Made by a program: the position numbers and the translations under genes. From contig OY969695.1 in assembly GCA_963701965.1 (NCBI GenBank), forward strand, positions 3,488,001-3,552,000: a stretch of 64,000 nucleotides of DNA, read 5' to 3'. Below, in pieces: positions 8,889 through 18,704 of this stretch. The notes under the pieces are model-generated. The model saw nothing but the letters and a program-made list of their open reading frames with translations. It was not told the DNA's origin and did no database searches. The first letter of the stretch is position 1. Each line of letters starts with the position of its first letter. This DNA comes from an uncultured Gemmatimonadales bacterium (lineage in GTDB: Bacteria > Gemmatimonadota > Gemmatimonadetes > Gemmatimonadales > Gemmatimonadaceae).

Positions 8889-9682
8889 TGGCGCCGTCCC
8901 TGATCGACGGTCTGGCACCCGAACGGTGGCCGACGCTCGTCATCGTCGGTGGCCGTTTCGCGGGCCTCATGTTCATCGACCCCTTGTGGGGCATGACAGA
9001 CATGCCGGGATCCCTGCGCGCCGCCCTCGTCGCACTGTTCGCGCTGGCGGTGCTCCCGGGCGTGCACACGCTCAGCGTCGCCGCCGACGTCGGGAGCCTG
9101 GTCGCGCCGCTGGCGACCGAGGTCATGCTCGGCGTCGCGATCGGCCTGACCGCCGCGATCTTCCTCTCCGCCTTCTCGCTCGCCGGCCAGATCGCCTCGG
9201 CACAGATGGGACTCAACGTCTCGGCCACGATCACGGGTTCGCCCGATGACACCATGGGCGGTATCGGCGAGTTGGAGCGCCGGTTCGCCACCACGATCTA
9301 CGTCGCGCTCGGCGGCCACATCGTGCTGCTCACCGGCGTGGCCCACAGCCTGTCCGTGATCCCGCCCGGCTCGGTGATCAACATCGCCGAGGGCGGACGA
9401 ACGGTCATGGTGCTCGCCGGTACGATCTTCACCACCGCGGCCCGCATCGCCGCGCCCGTCCTGGCCACGCTGCTGTTGGCGCACCTGGTCGTCGCCGTCC
9501 TGGCCCGCGCCGTGCCCCAGCTGCAGTCGTTTGCCGTCGCGTTTCCGATCACGATCGGCTTGGGCTTCATCGTGTTGGGCGCCGTGCTGCCTTTCTTCGC
9601 GTCGCTGGTCGCCGACACGGTGCGCTGGATGCCCCACACGATCTCCGATCTCCTCAACGCCTTCGCCACACCGGGGCACTGA
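8885..9682 (+). CDS. fliR: Export gate protein FliR
   Basis: Hydrophobic; AGQIASAQMG, GGH and ARAVPQLQSFAVAFP motifs; lies between fliQ and flhB. Confidence 0.93.
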   Translation: MMAPSLIDGLAPERWPTLVIVGGRFAGLMFIDPLWGMTDMPGSLRAALVALFALAVLPGVHTLSVAADVGSLVAPLATEVMLGVAIGLTAAIFLSAFSLAGQIASAQMGLNVSATITGSPDDTMGGIGELERRFATTIYVALGGHIVLLTGVAHSLSVIPPGSVINIAEGGRTVMVLAGTIFTTAARIAAPVLATLLLAHLVVAVLARAVPQLQSFAVAFPITIGLGFIVLGAVLPFFASLVADTVRWMPHTISDLLNAFATPGH

Positions 9683-9685
9683 GCC

Positions 9686-10771
9686 ATGGCGACCAACGGC
9701 GGCGACGAATCGTCCGGCGACAAGACCGAACGCGCCACCCCGCGGCGCCGCCAGGAGGCGGAACGCGAGGGGCGCATTCCGCGGAGCCGCGAGTTGTCCG
9801 GCGCCGCCGTCCTGGTGGCGGCCACGGTCACGCTCGGCTCGGCCGGCGCCGCGGCCATTGGCCGCGAGACCACGCAGATCCTCCGCGCGAACATCGGCGG
9901 GATGACCGCCGAGCCGATGCCCGTGAGCGGCGCCGTGTCCATGCTCCAGACGACCGGATACCACATGCTCCTCGGCCTCGCGCCGTTCCTGCTCGTGGTG
10001 ACGGCCACCGCCGTGGTCATCAACGCCGTGCAGGCCCGTGGAATCATTTCGTTCGAGCGCATCACCCCCAAACTCTCCAATCTCGATCCGCGCCAAGGGT
10101 TGAAACGCATTATCGGGCTCCAAGGGGCGTTCACCCTGGTGAAATCGCTGGCCAAGCTCATCGTGCTCGGCTGCGTCGCCTGGGTGACCCTGCATGGCGC
10201 CTGGCCGCAGCTGACGGGGCTGGCCGCGGCCGACATCACGGCCACGATCGTCGTGTTGCGCACGCTGTCGATGCGTCTCGTCTTCCACGTCGGCCTGGCC
10301 TATCTGGTGATCGCCGCCGGCGACTACGCGTTCGAGGTCTACCGGTTCGAGCAGGATATCCGGATGTCCAAACAGGACATCAAGCGGGAGTACAAGGAGA
10401 GCGACGGCGACCCGATGATCAAGGGCCGTATCCGGGCGCTCATGCGCGCCTTGAGCCGGAAGCGCATGTTGCACGCCGTCGCCAAGGCCGACGTGGTGAT
10501 CACCAACCCGACGCACATCGCCGTGGCACTCAAGTACGACACCGCGGTGGCTTCGGCGCCGATCGTCGTCGCCATCGGCGAACGCAAGCTGGCGGAACGG
10601 ATCAAGTGGATCGCGCGCCAGCACAGCGTGCCCTGTATCGAGAACAAACCGCTGGCCCGGGCGCTCAAGGCGACCGCGGTCGTCGGCTATCCGATTCCGG
10701 CGGCGCTGTACGCCGCGGTCGCTGAAGTCCTGGCCTGGGTGTACAAGCGCCGCGCCGTGGGGATCGCATGA
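9686..10771 (+). CDS. flhB: Export switch protein FlhB
   Basis: KTERATPRR, EYKESDGDP and the NPTH autocleavage motif. Confidence 0.97.
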   Translation: MATNGGDESSGDKTERATPRRRQEAEREGRIPRSRELSGAAVLVAATVTLGSAGAAAIGRETTQILRANIGGMTAEPMPVSGAVSMLQTTGYHMLLGLAPFLLVVTATAVVINAVQARGIISFERITPKLSNLDPRQGLKRIIGLQGAFTLVKSLAKLIVLGCVAWVTLHGAWPQLTGLAAADITATIVVLRTLSMRLVFHVGLAYLVIAAGDYAFEVYRFEQDIRMSKQDIKREYKESDGDPMIKGRIRALMRALSRKRMLHAVAKADVVITNPTHIAVALKYDTAVASAPIVVAIGERKLAERIKWIARQHSVPCIENKPLARALKATAVVGYPIPAALYAAVAEVLAWVYKRRAVGIA

Positions 10772-12855
10772 CGACGGCCGCGCTGCCGATTCCGCCGCGC
10801 CGGCTCGCCGTCGGCGCGCTCTCCGCCGAAACCTGGCTGGCGATCGCGGTCGTGACGGTGGTGGGCCTGTTGGTCCTGCCACTGCCGCCCCTGGCGCTCG
10901 ATGCCATGCTGGCGCTCAGTATCGCGCTCTCCATCGTCGTGTTGCTGGTCACGGTCTCGACGCGCGACCCGCTCGACTTCAGCATCTTCCCCAGCCTCCT
11001 GCTGTTGCTGACGTTGTTCCGGTTGGGCCTCAACGTCGCCACGACGCGCCTCATCCTCGGGCGGGGACAGGCCGGGCACGTGATCGCCGCATTCGGCAAC
11101 GCGGTGGTCGGTGGGAACTATGTTGTCGGCCTCGTGATCTTCCTGATCCTGATCGTGATCAACTTCATGGTGATCACGAAGGGCGCCGGGCGCATCGCTG
11201 AAGTGGCGGCGCGGTTCACGTTGGACGCGATGCCCGGGCGGCAGATGAGTATCGACGCCGATCTCTCGGCGGGCATCATCGATGAGAACGAGGCGCGCCG
11301 GCGACGCGAGCAGATCGCGCGGTACGCCGACTTTTACGGCGCCATGGACGGCGCCGCCAAGTTCGTCCGCGGCGACGCCGTGGCCGGTCTCATCATCACG
11401 ATCATCAATCTGGTCGGTGGCTTCGTGATCGGCATGGCGCAGCTGGGCATGAGCGCGTCGGAGTCGGCCCAGACGTTCTCGTCCTTGTCGGTCGGCGACG
11501 GTCTGGTGACGCAGATTCCGGCGCTCATCGTCAGCACGGCGGCCGGCATCATCGTCACCTACGGCTCGTCGAGCCCCAGCGTCGGGCCGGCGATCGCCGC
11601 GCAGCTTACGCGATATCCGCGGGCCATGTGGATCGCGTCGGGCATTCTGGCGCTATTGTCGGTGGCTCCGGGGTTTCCGTTTGCGCCGTTCATGCTGCTG
11701 GCGGTGGCCACGGCCGCGGTCGGGCGCTTCTCGGCGAGACGGAGCCGGGAAGCGATCGCGGAGGCCGAGGCGCCCGCGGCGCCGCCGCCGCCCGCGGAGA
11801 CCGCGGGGCAGCAGGTGAAAGAGGCGATGAAGGTCGAGCCGTTGGAGTTGGAGATTGGCTATGCGCTGGTGCCGATCGTCAACGGCGCGCAGGGCGATCT
11901 CCTGCAGCGCATCGCGCTCATGCGCAAACAGCTCGCGGTCGATCTCGGCATCGTGGTTCCGTCAGTGCGCATTCGGGACAACATCCAGCTGCCGTCTACC
12001 GGGTATGCGATCAAGCTCCGCGGCGTCAAAGCCGCTGGCGGCGAGCTGATGTCGCATCACTTGCTGGCGCTCGACACGACGGGCATGGCCCGCGCGATCG
12101 AAGGCGTGCCGACGAAAGATCCCAGTTTTGGCATTCCCGCGGTGTGGATTCGGCCGGAGAGCCGGCTGGAGGCGGAAGGGCGGGGGTTCAGTGTCGTCGA
12201 GCCCGCGGTCGTGTTGTCGACGCATCTCATGGAGTCGATCCGCCGGCATGCGTCGGAGTTGCTCACGCGGCAGAATGTGCGCGAGCTGCTGGATACGCTC
12301 AAAGAGACCAATCCGGTGCTGGTCGACAATGTCGCGGCCAAGCTGTCGCTGGGCATCGTCCATCGGGTCCTGCAACGGTTGCTCAAGGAAGGGGTGCCGG
12401 TCCGCGATCTCGTCATCATCCTCGAGACGCTGTCGGACGCGGGCGATCAGGCGAAAGACCCCGAGGCGCTGACCGAGCATGTCCGCCGGGCGCTGGGCGG
12501 GGTCATCGCCCACCAGTACGCCGATGTCGACGGCGTGATCCGTGGCATCACCATCGGGCCCAAGCTGGAATCGGCGCTCATGACGCTGTTCACCGCGCGG
12601 CCGACGCGCGAGTCGGTGAAGGCGCTGGAGCCCGATGACATCGCGGCGGCGCTCCGGGCGTTGGCGGATACGGCAGCGCGGACGAAACGCGATGGCCAGT
12701 ATCGGCCGCTGGTCACGCCGCCGGCGCTCCGCGTCGGCGTGCGGCGGCTGGTCGAACCCGTGCTGCCGCTCCTACCCGTACTCTCGCTCGGCGAACTGCC
12801 GGCGCAGACGATCATCAATCCGGTTGCCACCTGGGAAGTGAGCCGTGTCGCTTAG
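10768..12855 (+). CDS. flhA: Export apparatus protein FlhA
   Basis: RIAEVAARFTLDAMPGRQMSIDADL and DFYGAMDGAAKFVRGDA. Confidence 0.98.
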   Translation: MTTAALPIPPRRLAVGALSAETWLAIAVVTVVGLLVLPLPPLALDAMLALSIALSIVVLLVTVSTRDPLDFSIFPSLLLLLTLFRLGLNVATTRLILGRGQAGHVIAAFGNAVVGGNYVVGLVIFLILIVINFMVITKGAGRIAEVAARFTLDAMPGRQMSIDADLSAGIIDENEARRRREQIARYADFYGAMDGAAKFVRGDAVAGLIITIINLVGGFVIGMAQLGMSASESAQTFSSLSVGDGLVTQIPALIVSTAAGIIVTYGSSSPSVGPAIAAQLTRYPRAMWIASGILALLSVAPGFPFAPFMLLAVATAAVGRFSARRSREAIAEAEAPAAPPPPAETAGQQVKEAMKVEPLELEIGYALVPIVNGAQGDLLQRIALMRKQLAVDLGIVVPSVRIRDNIQLPSTGYAIKLRGVKAAGGELMSHHLLALDTTGMARAIEGVPTKDPSFGIPAVWIRPESRLEAEGRGFSVVEPAVVLSTHLMESIRRHASELLTRQNVRELLDTLKETNPVLVDNVAAKLSLGIVHRVLQRLLKEGVPVRDLVIILETLSDAGDQAKDPEALTEHVRRALGGVIAHQYADVDGVIRGITIGPKLESALMTLFTARPTRESVKALEPDDIAAALRALADTAARTKRDGQYRPLVTPPALRVGVRRLVEPVLPLLPVLSLGELPAQTIINPVATWEVSRVA

Positions 12856-14512
12856 AACCTACGAAGGCGCCACGGTCGGCGACCTCCTCTCCCGCGCCCG
12901 CCGCGATCTCGGCGCCGACGCGGTCATCATCGAAGTCCAGCAGCGCGGCGGTCGCGTCGTGCTGACCGCGGCCGACCCGGGCACCGCGACGGACATTGCG
13001 CACGCCCGGAACGGCGCCTCGGCCCCCGCACCGGCGCCGCTCCCTACGCGCTCGCCCCGCGCCTCCGCCGCGTACGCGGCCGCCGCCCACGACCCCGCGG
13101 AGCTCGTCACCGCGCGCGCCGAGGCGGCACGCCTCGAAGCCTGGCGGACCCAAGCCCTCCGCGCGGCGGCGCGGGTGGAAGCCACGCGCGCCGAGAACAT
13201 GCGCGCCAATGCCACCCGCGCCGAGGCTGCGCGCAACGAAGCTGCGCGCACTGAGGCCGATCGCACGGACACCACCCGGGCCGCGGCCACTCTTTCCGGC
13301 GCCGTGCTGACGGCCGACGATTATGAAGCGGTGATTGGCGGACTCGGACGCGCCTCCGGCGCGCCGAGTGAAAACACCGGCCGCGACACCGCCGCCCGCC
13401 TCGCGGCGCGCATCGCCGCTCGCCAGGAGCCCCGCGACAATGTGCGCGCCGAGACGCGCCCCGAGCCCCGAGCGGACACTCGCGAGGGGACCCGCGACGG
13501 GACGCGTAGCGGGGGCCGTGACGAGACCCGCGATTGGACTCGTGATGAGACCCGTGAGGCGAGCCGTAACAGGACCCGTGGTGGGAGCCGTGACGAGACC
13601 CATGCCGCGACGCGTGAAGGGACCCGCAATGGGCCCCGCAATGCGAGCAGTGACGAGAGCCGTGAACCGGCTCGTGGTGAGAACCGCAACGGGGACCGTG
13701 ACTGGACTCGCGTGGACTCGCGCGAGACCGTCAGGCGTGAGACCGAGCACCGCGAGACCGAGGCTCGGGCCCGCCGTGAGGCGCGCACGGCCGAGCGGAC
13801 CGGCGCCGCGCCGGAGGCGTCGACGCGGGACACCGACAATGCCGCCAATGACGCGCCCCTAGCCTTCGCGCGCCCGGGCGACCGCCGCACCGTGCTGGCC
13901 TTTCTCGGCCCGACAGGCGCCGGCAAGACCACGACGGTCGCCAAGCTGGCCGCGCACCCCAGGGTCTTCAGCGGCCGCCGCGTCGGGATCCTGAACCTCG
14001 ATACGTACCGCGTCAGCGCCGCCGAGCAAATCGCGGCCTACGCGTCGCTGACGTCGACGCCCGTCGCGTCCGTCCACGAACCGCGGGACCTCGACCGCGC
14101 GATGAAGACGCTCAAAAGCTGCAATGTCGTGCTCGTCGACTGCCCGGGCCGCGGCCCGCGCCTCGAGCGCGACCTCTCGACGATCCGCGCGATCCTGGCC
14201 GCCGTGCGCCCCACGGAGCGCCACCTCACGCTCCCGGTCGGCACGCAGCCCGGCCTCGTGCGCCGCACCATCGCCAACTTCGCCGCCTTCCAGGTCACGC
14301 ACCTCCTGGCGACCAAAGTCGACGAGATGCCCGACGACTGGATTCTGTTCGACGTCGCCGCCGAGCTCAGTCTCCCCATGCGCTGGCTGACCGACGGCCA
14401 GTCCGTGCCCCACGACGTCCGGTCCGCCACCGCGCGGATGGAAGCCGTGCGCGCCGGTCTCAACGGCCGCCGCTCCGCGCCGGGCGCGCGGGTGGCGCAC
14501 GGAGTCGCATGA
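12845..14512 (+). CDS. flhF: SRP-type GTPase FlhF with a long repetitive linker
   Basis: N-terminal ARRDLGADAVII; GPTGAGKTTT, DTYR, DCPG, TKVDE and GQSVP motifs. Confidence 0.92.
   Translation: MSLRTYEGATVGDLLSRARRDLGADAVIIEVQQRGGRVVLTAADPGTATDIAHARNGASAPAPAPLPTRSPRASAAYAAAAHDPAELVTARAEAARLEAWRTQALRAAARVEATRAENMRANATRAEAARNEAARTEADRTDTTRAAATLSGAVLTADDYEAVIGGLGRASGAPSENTGRDTAARLAARIAARQEPRDNVRAETRPEPRADTREGTRDGTRSGGRDETRDWTRDETREASRNRTRGGSRDETHAATREGTRNGPRNASSDESREPARGENRNGDRDWTRVDSRETVRRETEHRETEARARREARTAERTGAAPEASTRDTDNAANDAPLAFARPGDRRTVLAFLGPTGAGKTTTVAKLAAHPRVFSGRRVGILNLDTYRVSAAEQIAAYASLTSTPVASVHEPRDLDRAMKTLKSCNVVLVDCPGRGPRLERDLSTIRAILAAVRPTERHLTLPVGTQPGLVRRTIANFAAFQVTHLLATKVDEMPDDWILFDVAAELSLPMRWLTDGQSVPHDVRSATARMEAVRAGLNGRRSAPGARVAHGVA
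13421..13732 (+). repeat. 26 degenerate 12-nt units encoding R-x-x-x tetrapeptides (RDET-like) in flhF
   Basis: 312 nt = 26 x 12; units such as cgtgacgagacc, cgcgattggact, cgcgacgggacg. Confidence 0.85.
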
Positions 14513-15291
14513 CCACGCCCTTGGCGGAGGGCCCCCTCGTGCTGCTCGTCGGCAGCGGCAAGGGCGGCGTCGGCAAGTCGGTGCTCTCGATCATTCTGGG
14601 ATCGATCGCCGCCCGTGCCGGCCGCCGCACGCTGCTGTTCAATGCCGATCTCAACCTCGGCAACCTGCACGTGCTCCTCGGCGTCCGCCCCACGGCCCGC
14701 GTCGACGCGCTGCTCAATGGCGACGTCGAAGCCGCCGATCTCGTGCGCCCCCTGCGCGAGAACCTCTGGCTCCTCCCGGGGACATCGGGCGGCGAGCGAC
14801 TGCACGGTCTCGAGTCCCTTGACCGCGCCCGCTTGGAAACCCGGCTCAGCGTCCCCTTCACCGACTACGACGTCGTGATCGTCGACGCCGGTGCCGGCAT
14901 CGACGGCGTGGTGCGCACCGCGACCATCAGCGCCAGTCGCCTGGTCGTCGTCACCGTCCCGGAACCCGCGGCCCTCACCGACGCCTACGCCCTGATGAAG
15001 ATCGTGCACCTCCGCACCCCCGACATTCCGATCGACGTCCTGGTCAATCGCTGCCGGGATGATGCGGAAGGACGTGCCGCATTCGATAAACTGGCCACGG
15101 CCAGTGAACGCTTCCTGCGCCGCGGCATTCGACACCTTGGCAGCGTCGGCGAGGAGTCAACCATCGGCGCCGCCGCTCGCGAGCCCTCCAGCTGTCTGTC
15201 GATTCTCGACGCCAGCCTCGCGGCACAGAGCTTGACTTCCTGTCTCCTCGACCGGATGGAATTACCGGCACCTGTACGGAGTACGCAATGA
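14509..15291 (+). CDS. flhG: MinD-like ATPase FlhG/FleN
   Basis: Deviant Walker A SGKGGVGKS, ADLNLGNLHVLLG, VTVPEPAALTDAYALMK. Confidence 0.93.
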   Translation: MTTPLAEGPLVLLVGSGKGGVGKSVLSIILGSIAARAGRRTLLFNADLNLGNLHVLLGVRPTARVDALLNGDVEAADLVRPLRENLWLLPGTSGGERLHGLESLDRARLETRLSVPFTDYDVVIVDAGAGIDGVVRTATISASRLVVVTVPEPAALTDAYALMKIVHLRTPDIPIDVLVNRCRDDAEGRAAFDKLATASERFLRRGIRHLGSVGEESTIGAAAREPSSCLSILDASLAAQSLTSCLLDRMELPAPVRSTQ

Positions 15292-16058
15292 CCCCAACGG
15301 CAGAACACACGGACATCCTCTGGTCGCGCTATCGCTCGACCGGCGATCCGGACGCGCGCCGGCAACTGCTCGACCGCTACCTCGGCCTCGTGCACCACGT
15401 CGCCCGCGAGATCGCGTCGCGGACGCCGGCCGTGGAGCTGGATGATCTGGTGAATGCCGGCGCACTGGGGCTCGTGCGGGCGTTGGAGAGCTTTGACATC
15501 TCGCGCGGACTGGCGTTCAGCACCTACGCCATGACGCGCATCCGCGGCGCGGTGCTCGACGACCTGCGGGCCCGGGACTGGACCCCGCGGTCCGTCCGGG
15601 TCAAAGCCCGGCAGTTGGCGGCGGCCGTCGCCGCGCTGGAGAGTCGCTTGAACCGCGCGCCCGAACCGAAAGAGATCGCCGAAGCCCTGGACATCGATAT
15701 CGAGACGTACTGGGCCTGGCAGGCCGCGATCGGAGGCGGCGTGATGGTCTCGATCCATCACTCGGCCGCCGACGAGCATATGGAAGGGCCCACGCTGGAG
15801 GAGACCCTCAATGATCCCGACGCGCAGGGGCCCGGCGCCGAGCTCGCCCAGGGCGAGCAGCGCGCGCTCTTGCGCGAGGCCATCGCGGCCCTGCCCGAGA
15901 AAGAGCGCACCGTGCTCGCCCTCTACTACTACGAAGAGTTGACGCTCAAGCAGATCGCCGAAGTGCTGCACGTGACCGAATCGCGCATCTCGCAGATTCG
16001 GACGCAAAGCCTCCGGCGGTTGAAGCAGCTTCTTACTACCGAGGCCATGTTCTCATGA
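15288..16058 (+). CDS. fliA: RNA polymerase sigma28 factor (FliA/WhiG family)
   Basis: FSTYAMTRIRGAVLDDLRARDWTPRSVR and LYYYEELTLKQIAEVLHVTESRISQI. Confidence 0.97.
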   Translation: MTPTAEHTDILWSRYRSTGDPDARRQLLDRYLGLVHHVAREIASRTPAVELDDLVNAGALGLVRALESFDISRGLAFSTYAMTRIRGAVLDDLRARDWTPRSVRVKARQLAAAVAALESRLNRAPEPKEIAEALDIDIETYWAWQAAIGGGVMVSIHHSAADEHMEGPTLEETLNDPDAQGPGAELAQGEQRALLREAIAALPEKERTVLALYYYEELTLKQIAEVLHVTESRISQIRTQSLRRLKQLLTTEAMFS

Positions 16059-16537
16059 CACGTCGACGCTTGTGGCTCGCCACAATGACCTGCTGTCTCC
16101 TGCTCGCCCTTCCAACGCTCACGTCGCTGCGGTGGTCGCTCGCGCCTGCGGCGCTTCGCGCGCTGCACTGGCCGACGATCAGCCTCCCGGCAATCGCTTG
16201 GGGCGCGTGGGCCGTCGATCTGTCGTCCCGCGCGATGGCGGCGATCGATACGATACGGTCCGGCTTGGAGCGACCGGCGATAGCCGGGTCGCAATGGGTC
16301 TTGATCGGCGCCATTGCGCTGAGCAGCCTCGCCGTCCTGACGTTCGGCGTCGCCATGCGCCGCCGACACGCCAACGTGCCGGCGCGCGTGCGCCGGATGT
16401 CCAAGAGTGGGATCCCGGTCAGCCAGATCTCCCGCCGCACCGGCTTGGCACAGGACGCCATCCGCGACCTGCTGCAGCTGGCCGGCCGCCCGGGCTTCGC
16501 GTCCGTGCTCGCCGCGACCCTCCACAAACACCCCTAG
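16055..16537 (+). CDS. Hypothetical membrane protein with C-terminal HTH-like motif
   Basis: ATGA overlap with fliA; hydrophobic segments, then VRRMSKSGIPVSQISRRTGLAQDAIRDLL. Confidence 0.65.
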   Translation: MTRRRLWLATMTCCLLLALPTLTSLRWSLAPAALRALHWPTISLPAIAWGAWAVDLSSRAMAAIDTIRSGLERPAIAGSQWVLIGAIALSSLAVLTFGVAMRRRHANVPARVRRMSKSGIPVSQISRRTGLAQDAIRDLLQLAGRPGFASVLAATLHKHP

Positions 16538-16547
16538 GAGGGCCGCC

Positions 16548-17249
16548 ATGCCAATCAAGGGAATACTGAACTCGGCCCACGCGCTCTCGTACTACACGCG
16601 TTGGCAAGAGGTCACGGCCAACAACCTGGCCAACGCGTCGACCGACGGCTTCAAGCTGGAGCGGTTGACCGGGTCACTCAATGCGGGCACGGCGTTCCCG
16701 TCCCCCGTCGAGAAACTGGACTTGCAACAGGGCCCCATCCGGCACACCGGACGCGATCTCAATGTCGCGCTCGAGGGCCAGGGCTTCCTCGTGGTCGACA
16801 CGCCCCAGGGCCAGCGCCTGTCGCGCGGCGGCTCGCTGCACGTCGACGTCTCCGGCAAGCTGGTGGACGGCGACGGGAACAGCGTCCAAGGCGACGCCGG
16901 CCCCATCGTCATCCCCGACGGCGCCAAGATCGACATTCAGGGCGACGGCACGATCCTCTTGGACGGCGCGCCGCTCGACAAGCTGCGCATCGAAACCGTC
17001 GCCGACCCGAACACCCTGCAGCAAGAGAGCGGCGGCCGCCTCAGCACCAGCGCGCCCCTGATTCCGGCGGCGCCGGGTACGGTCACGCTCCAACAGGGTG
17101 CGGTCGAAGATCCCAACGGCGACTCGGTGGTTGGCATGGTCGATCTCGTCACCATCCAGCGCGCCTACGCCGCCAACGTTGATGCACTCAAGGCCATGGA
17201 CGGCGTGCTCGACACGGTCGCCGGCCAGATCGGCTCCACTCAATCATAG
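16548..17249 (+). CDS. flgF: Basal-body rod protein FlgF
   Basis: AGGAGG RBS before ATG 16548; ANNLANASTDGFK, TGRDLNVALEGQGF, IQRAYAAN; upstream of flgG. Confidence 0.9.
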   Translation: MPIKGILNSAHALSYYTRWQEVTANNLANASTDGFKLERLTGSLNAGTAFPSPVEKLDLQQGPIRHTGRDLNVALEGQGFLVVDTPQGQRLSRGGSLHVDVSGKLVDGDGNSVQGDAGPIVIPDGAKIDIQGDGTILLDGAPLDKLRIETVADPNTLQQESGGRLSTSAPLIPAAPGTVTLQQGAVEDPNGDSVVGMVDLVTIQRAYAANVDALKAMDGVLDTVAGQIGSTQS

Positions 17250-17263
17250 AAGGGGATACCACG

Positions 17264-18046
17264 ATGCCCAGTTTCACGACGTCAGCCACCGGCATGGAAG
17301 CCCAGCAACAGATGATCAACGTGATCGCCAACAACCTGGCGAACGTGAACACCACGGGCTTCAAACGCAGCCGCGCCTGCTTCTCCGACCTGCTCTACGA
17401 GACGCTCCAAGGCGCGCGCGTCGTCAACCCGGAGAACGAGCAAGTGCTCGCGCCCGTCCAGATCGGATCCGGCGTCCGCCTCTCGGCCGTCATGCGGCTC
17501 CACACGCAAGGCACCGCGGTGCAGACCGGCCGTACGCTCGACCTGGCCATTCAGGGCGACGGGTTCTTTCAGGTCCAGAAAGCCAATGGCACCACGGCCT
17601 ACACCCGCGACGGCACGTTCTCGCTGTCGGACACGGGCACGGTCGTGACCAGCGATGGCTTCCCGCTCATCCCGAATGTCACCGTGCCCAACGGCGCCCA
17701 GAACTTGTCGATCTCGTCGAGCGGTGTCGTCAGCGTCACCACGAACGGATCGGCCACCACCGACATCGGGCACATCGAGCTGGCGCGGTTCATCAACCCG
17801 AGCGGACTCGAAGACCTGGGCGGCAATCTCTATCAGGAGACCGCCGCGTCCGGACTGCCGCAGCTGGGCCAGCCGGGCACGTCGAACTACGGCACCATCC
17901 TCCAAGGCAATCTCGAGTCGAGCAACGTCGAGATGGTGCAGGAGATGACCGACATGATCACGGCGCAGCGCGCGTACGAGATCAACGCCAAGGCCGTGAC
18001 CACGGCCGAAGACATGCTGGACGCGACGAATGCACTTATTCGCTAG
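17264..18046 (+). CDS. flgG: Distal rod protein FlgG
   Basis: ANNLANVNTTGFKRSRACFSDLLY and LESSNVEMVQEMTDMITAQRAYEINAK; 260 aa. Confidence 0.97.
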   Translation: MPSFTTSATGMEAQQQMINVIANNLANVNTTGFKRSRACFSDLLYETLQGARVVNPENEQVLAPVQIGSGVRLSAVMRLHTQGTAVQTGRTLDLAIQGDGFFQVQKANGTTAYTRDGTFSLSDTGTVVTSDGFPLIPNVTVPNGAQNLSISSSGVVSVTTNGSATTDIGHIELARFINPSGLEDLGGNLYQETAASGLPQLGQPGTSNYGTILQGNLESSNVEMVQEMTDMITAQRAYEINAKAVTTAEDMLDATNALIR

Positions 18047-18698
18047 CCTGCTGCTGCTCGTCGAAGCCGCGTTGGGCGGGGGGGCGCCGGTGGATTCCGT
18101 GCCGGCGCCGCTCTCCGCGCAAGTCGCCGGCGCCGTCGCCCACCTGTGGGGCGACGACTCGGCGCGCGTGCGGCTGCAATGGATGGCGCTCCCGCCCGCC
18201 GCGGAGTTTCCGGCGCGGACCGACGTGCGCCTCATGGGACGCGGGGATCGGGGATGGTTCTCGGCTGTGTTCTCGCACGATGGCAAGCCCCTGTTCGCCC
18301 TCCGCGTGCACGCCGGTGCGCTGGATACCGGGTTCGTCGCGGCGCGCGCCGTCAGCCAAGGCGCGGCGCTCACCGCCGACGATCTGCGGAGCAACGTCGC
18401 CGTACGTTGGGGACCGCCGCTCAACGCGGCCGAACGGCCCACCTTGGGCTGGATCGCGCGGCATCCGCTCGTCGCCGGCGAGGCGATCACCAGCGGTACC
18501 GTCGCGCCACCGTTGCTCGTACACGTCGGCGATACCGTGCACCTCGAATGGCGGCGCGGGGCCGTCGTGATCGCCATGGACGGCACGGCGCTCGGCTCCG
18601 GCACCGCCGGACAACCCGTCCGCGTGCGCATCACCCAACGCTCTGAAGAGAAAAGTGGGACCATCGTCGGTCCCGACCTCGTGAGGCTTGATTCATGA
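18030..18698 (+). CDS. flgA: P-ring assembly chaperone FlgA
   Basis: Signal peptide, SAF-like region, PLLVHVGDTV...GTALGSGTAGQPVRV; lies between flgG and flgH. Confidence 0.85.
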   Translation: MHLFASLLLLVEAALGGGAPVDSVPAPLSAQVAGAVAHLWGDDSARVRLQWMALPPAAEFPARTDVRLMGRGDRGWFSAVFSHDGKPLFALRVHAGALDTGFVAARAVSQGAALTADDLRSNVAVRWGPPLNAAERPTLGWIARHPLVAGEAITSGTVAPPLLVHVGDTVHLEWRRGAVVIAMDGTALGSGTAGQPVRVRITQRSEEKSGTIVGPDLVRLDS

Positions 18699-18704
18699 AC
18701 AAGA

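Noticed and set aside
8321..10882. Long antisense ORFs (853 aa here; also 318-1922, 28755-30518, 29941-31830, 48117-50309, 39959-41521)
   Set aside because: They shadow well-supported genes, are Arg/Gly/His-rich with no motifs, and are expected in high-GC DNA where stop codons are rare.
13421..13732. Possible CRISPR or other non-coding array
   Set aside because: Units are 12 nt, degenerate, in frame within flhF and have no spacers; no cas genes are in the window.
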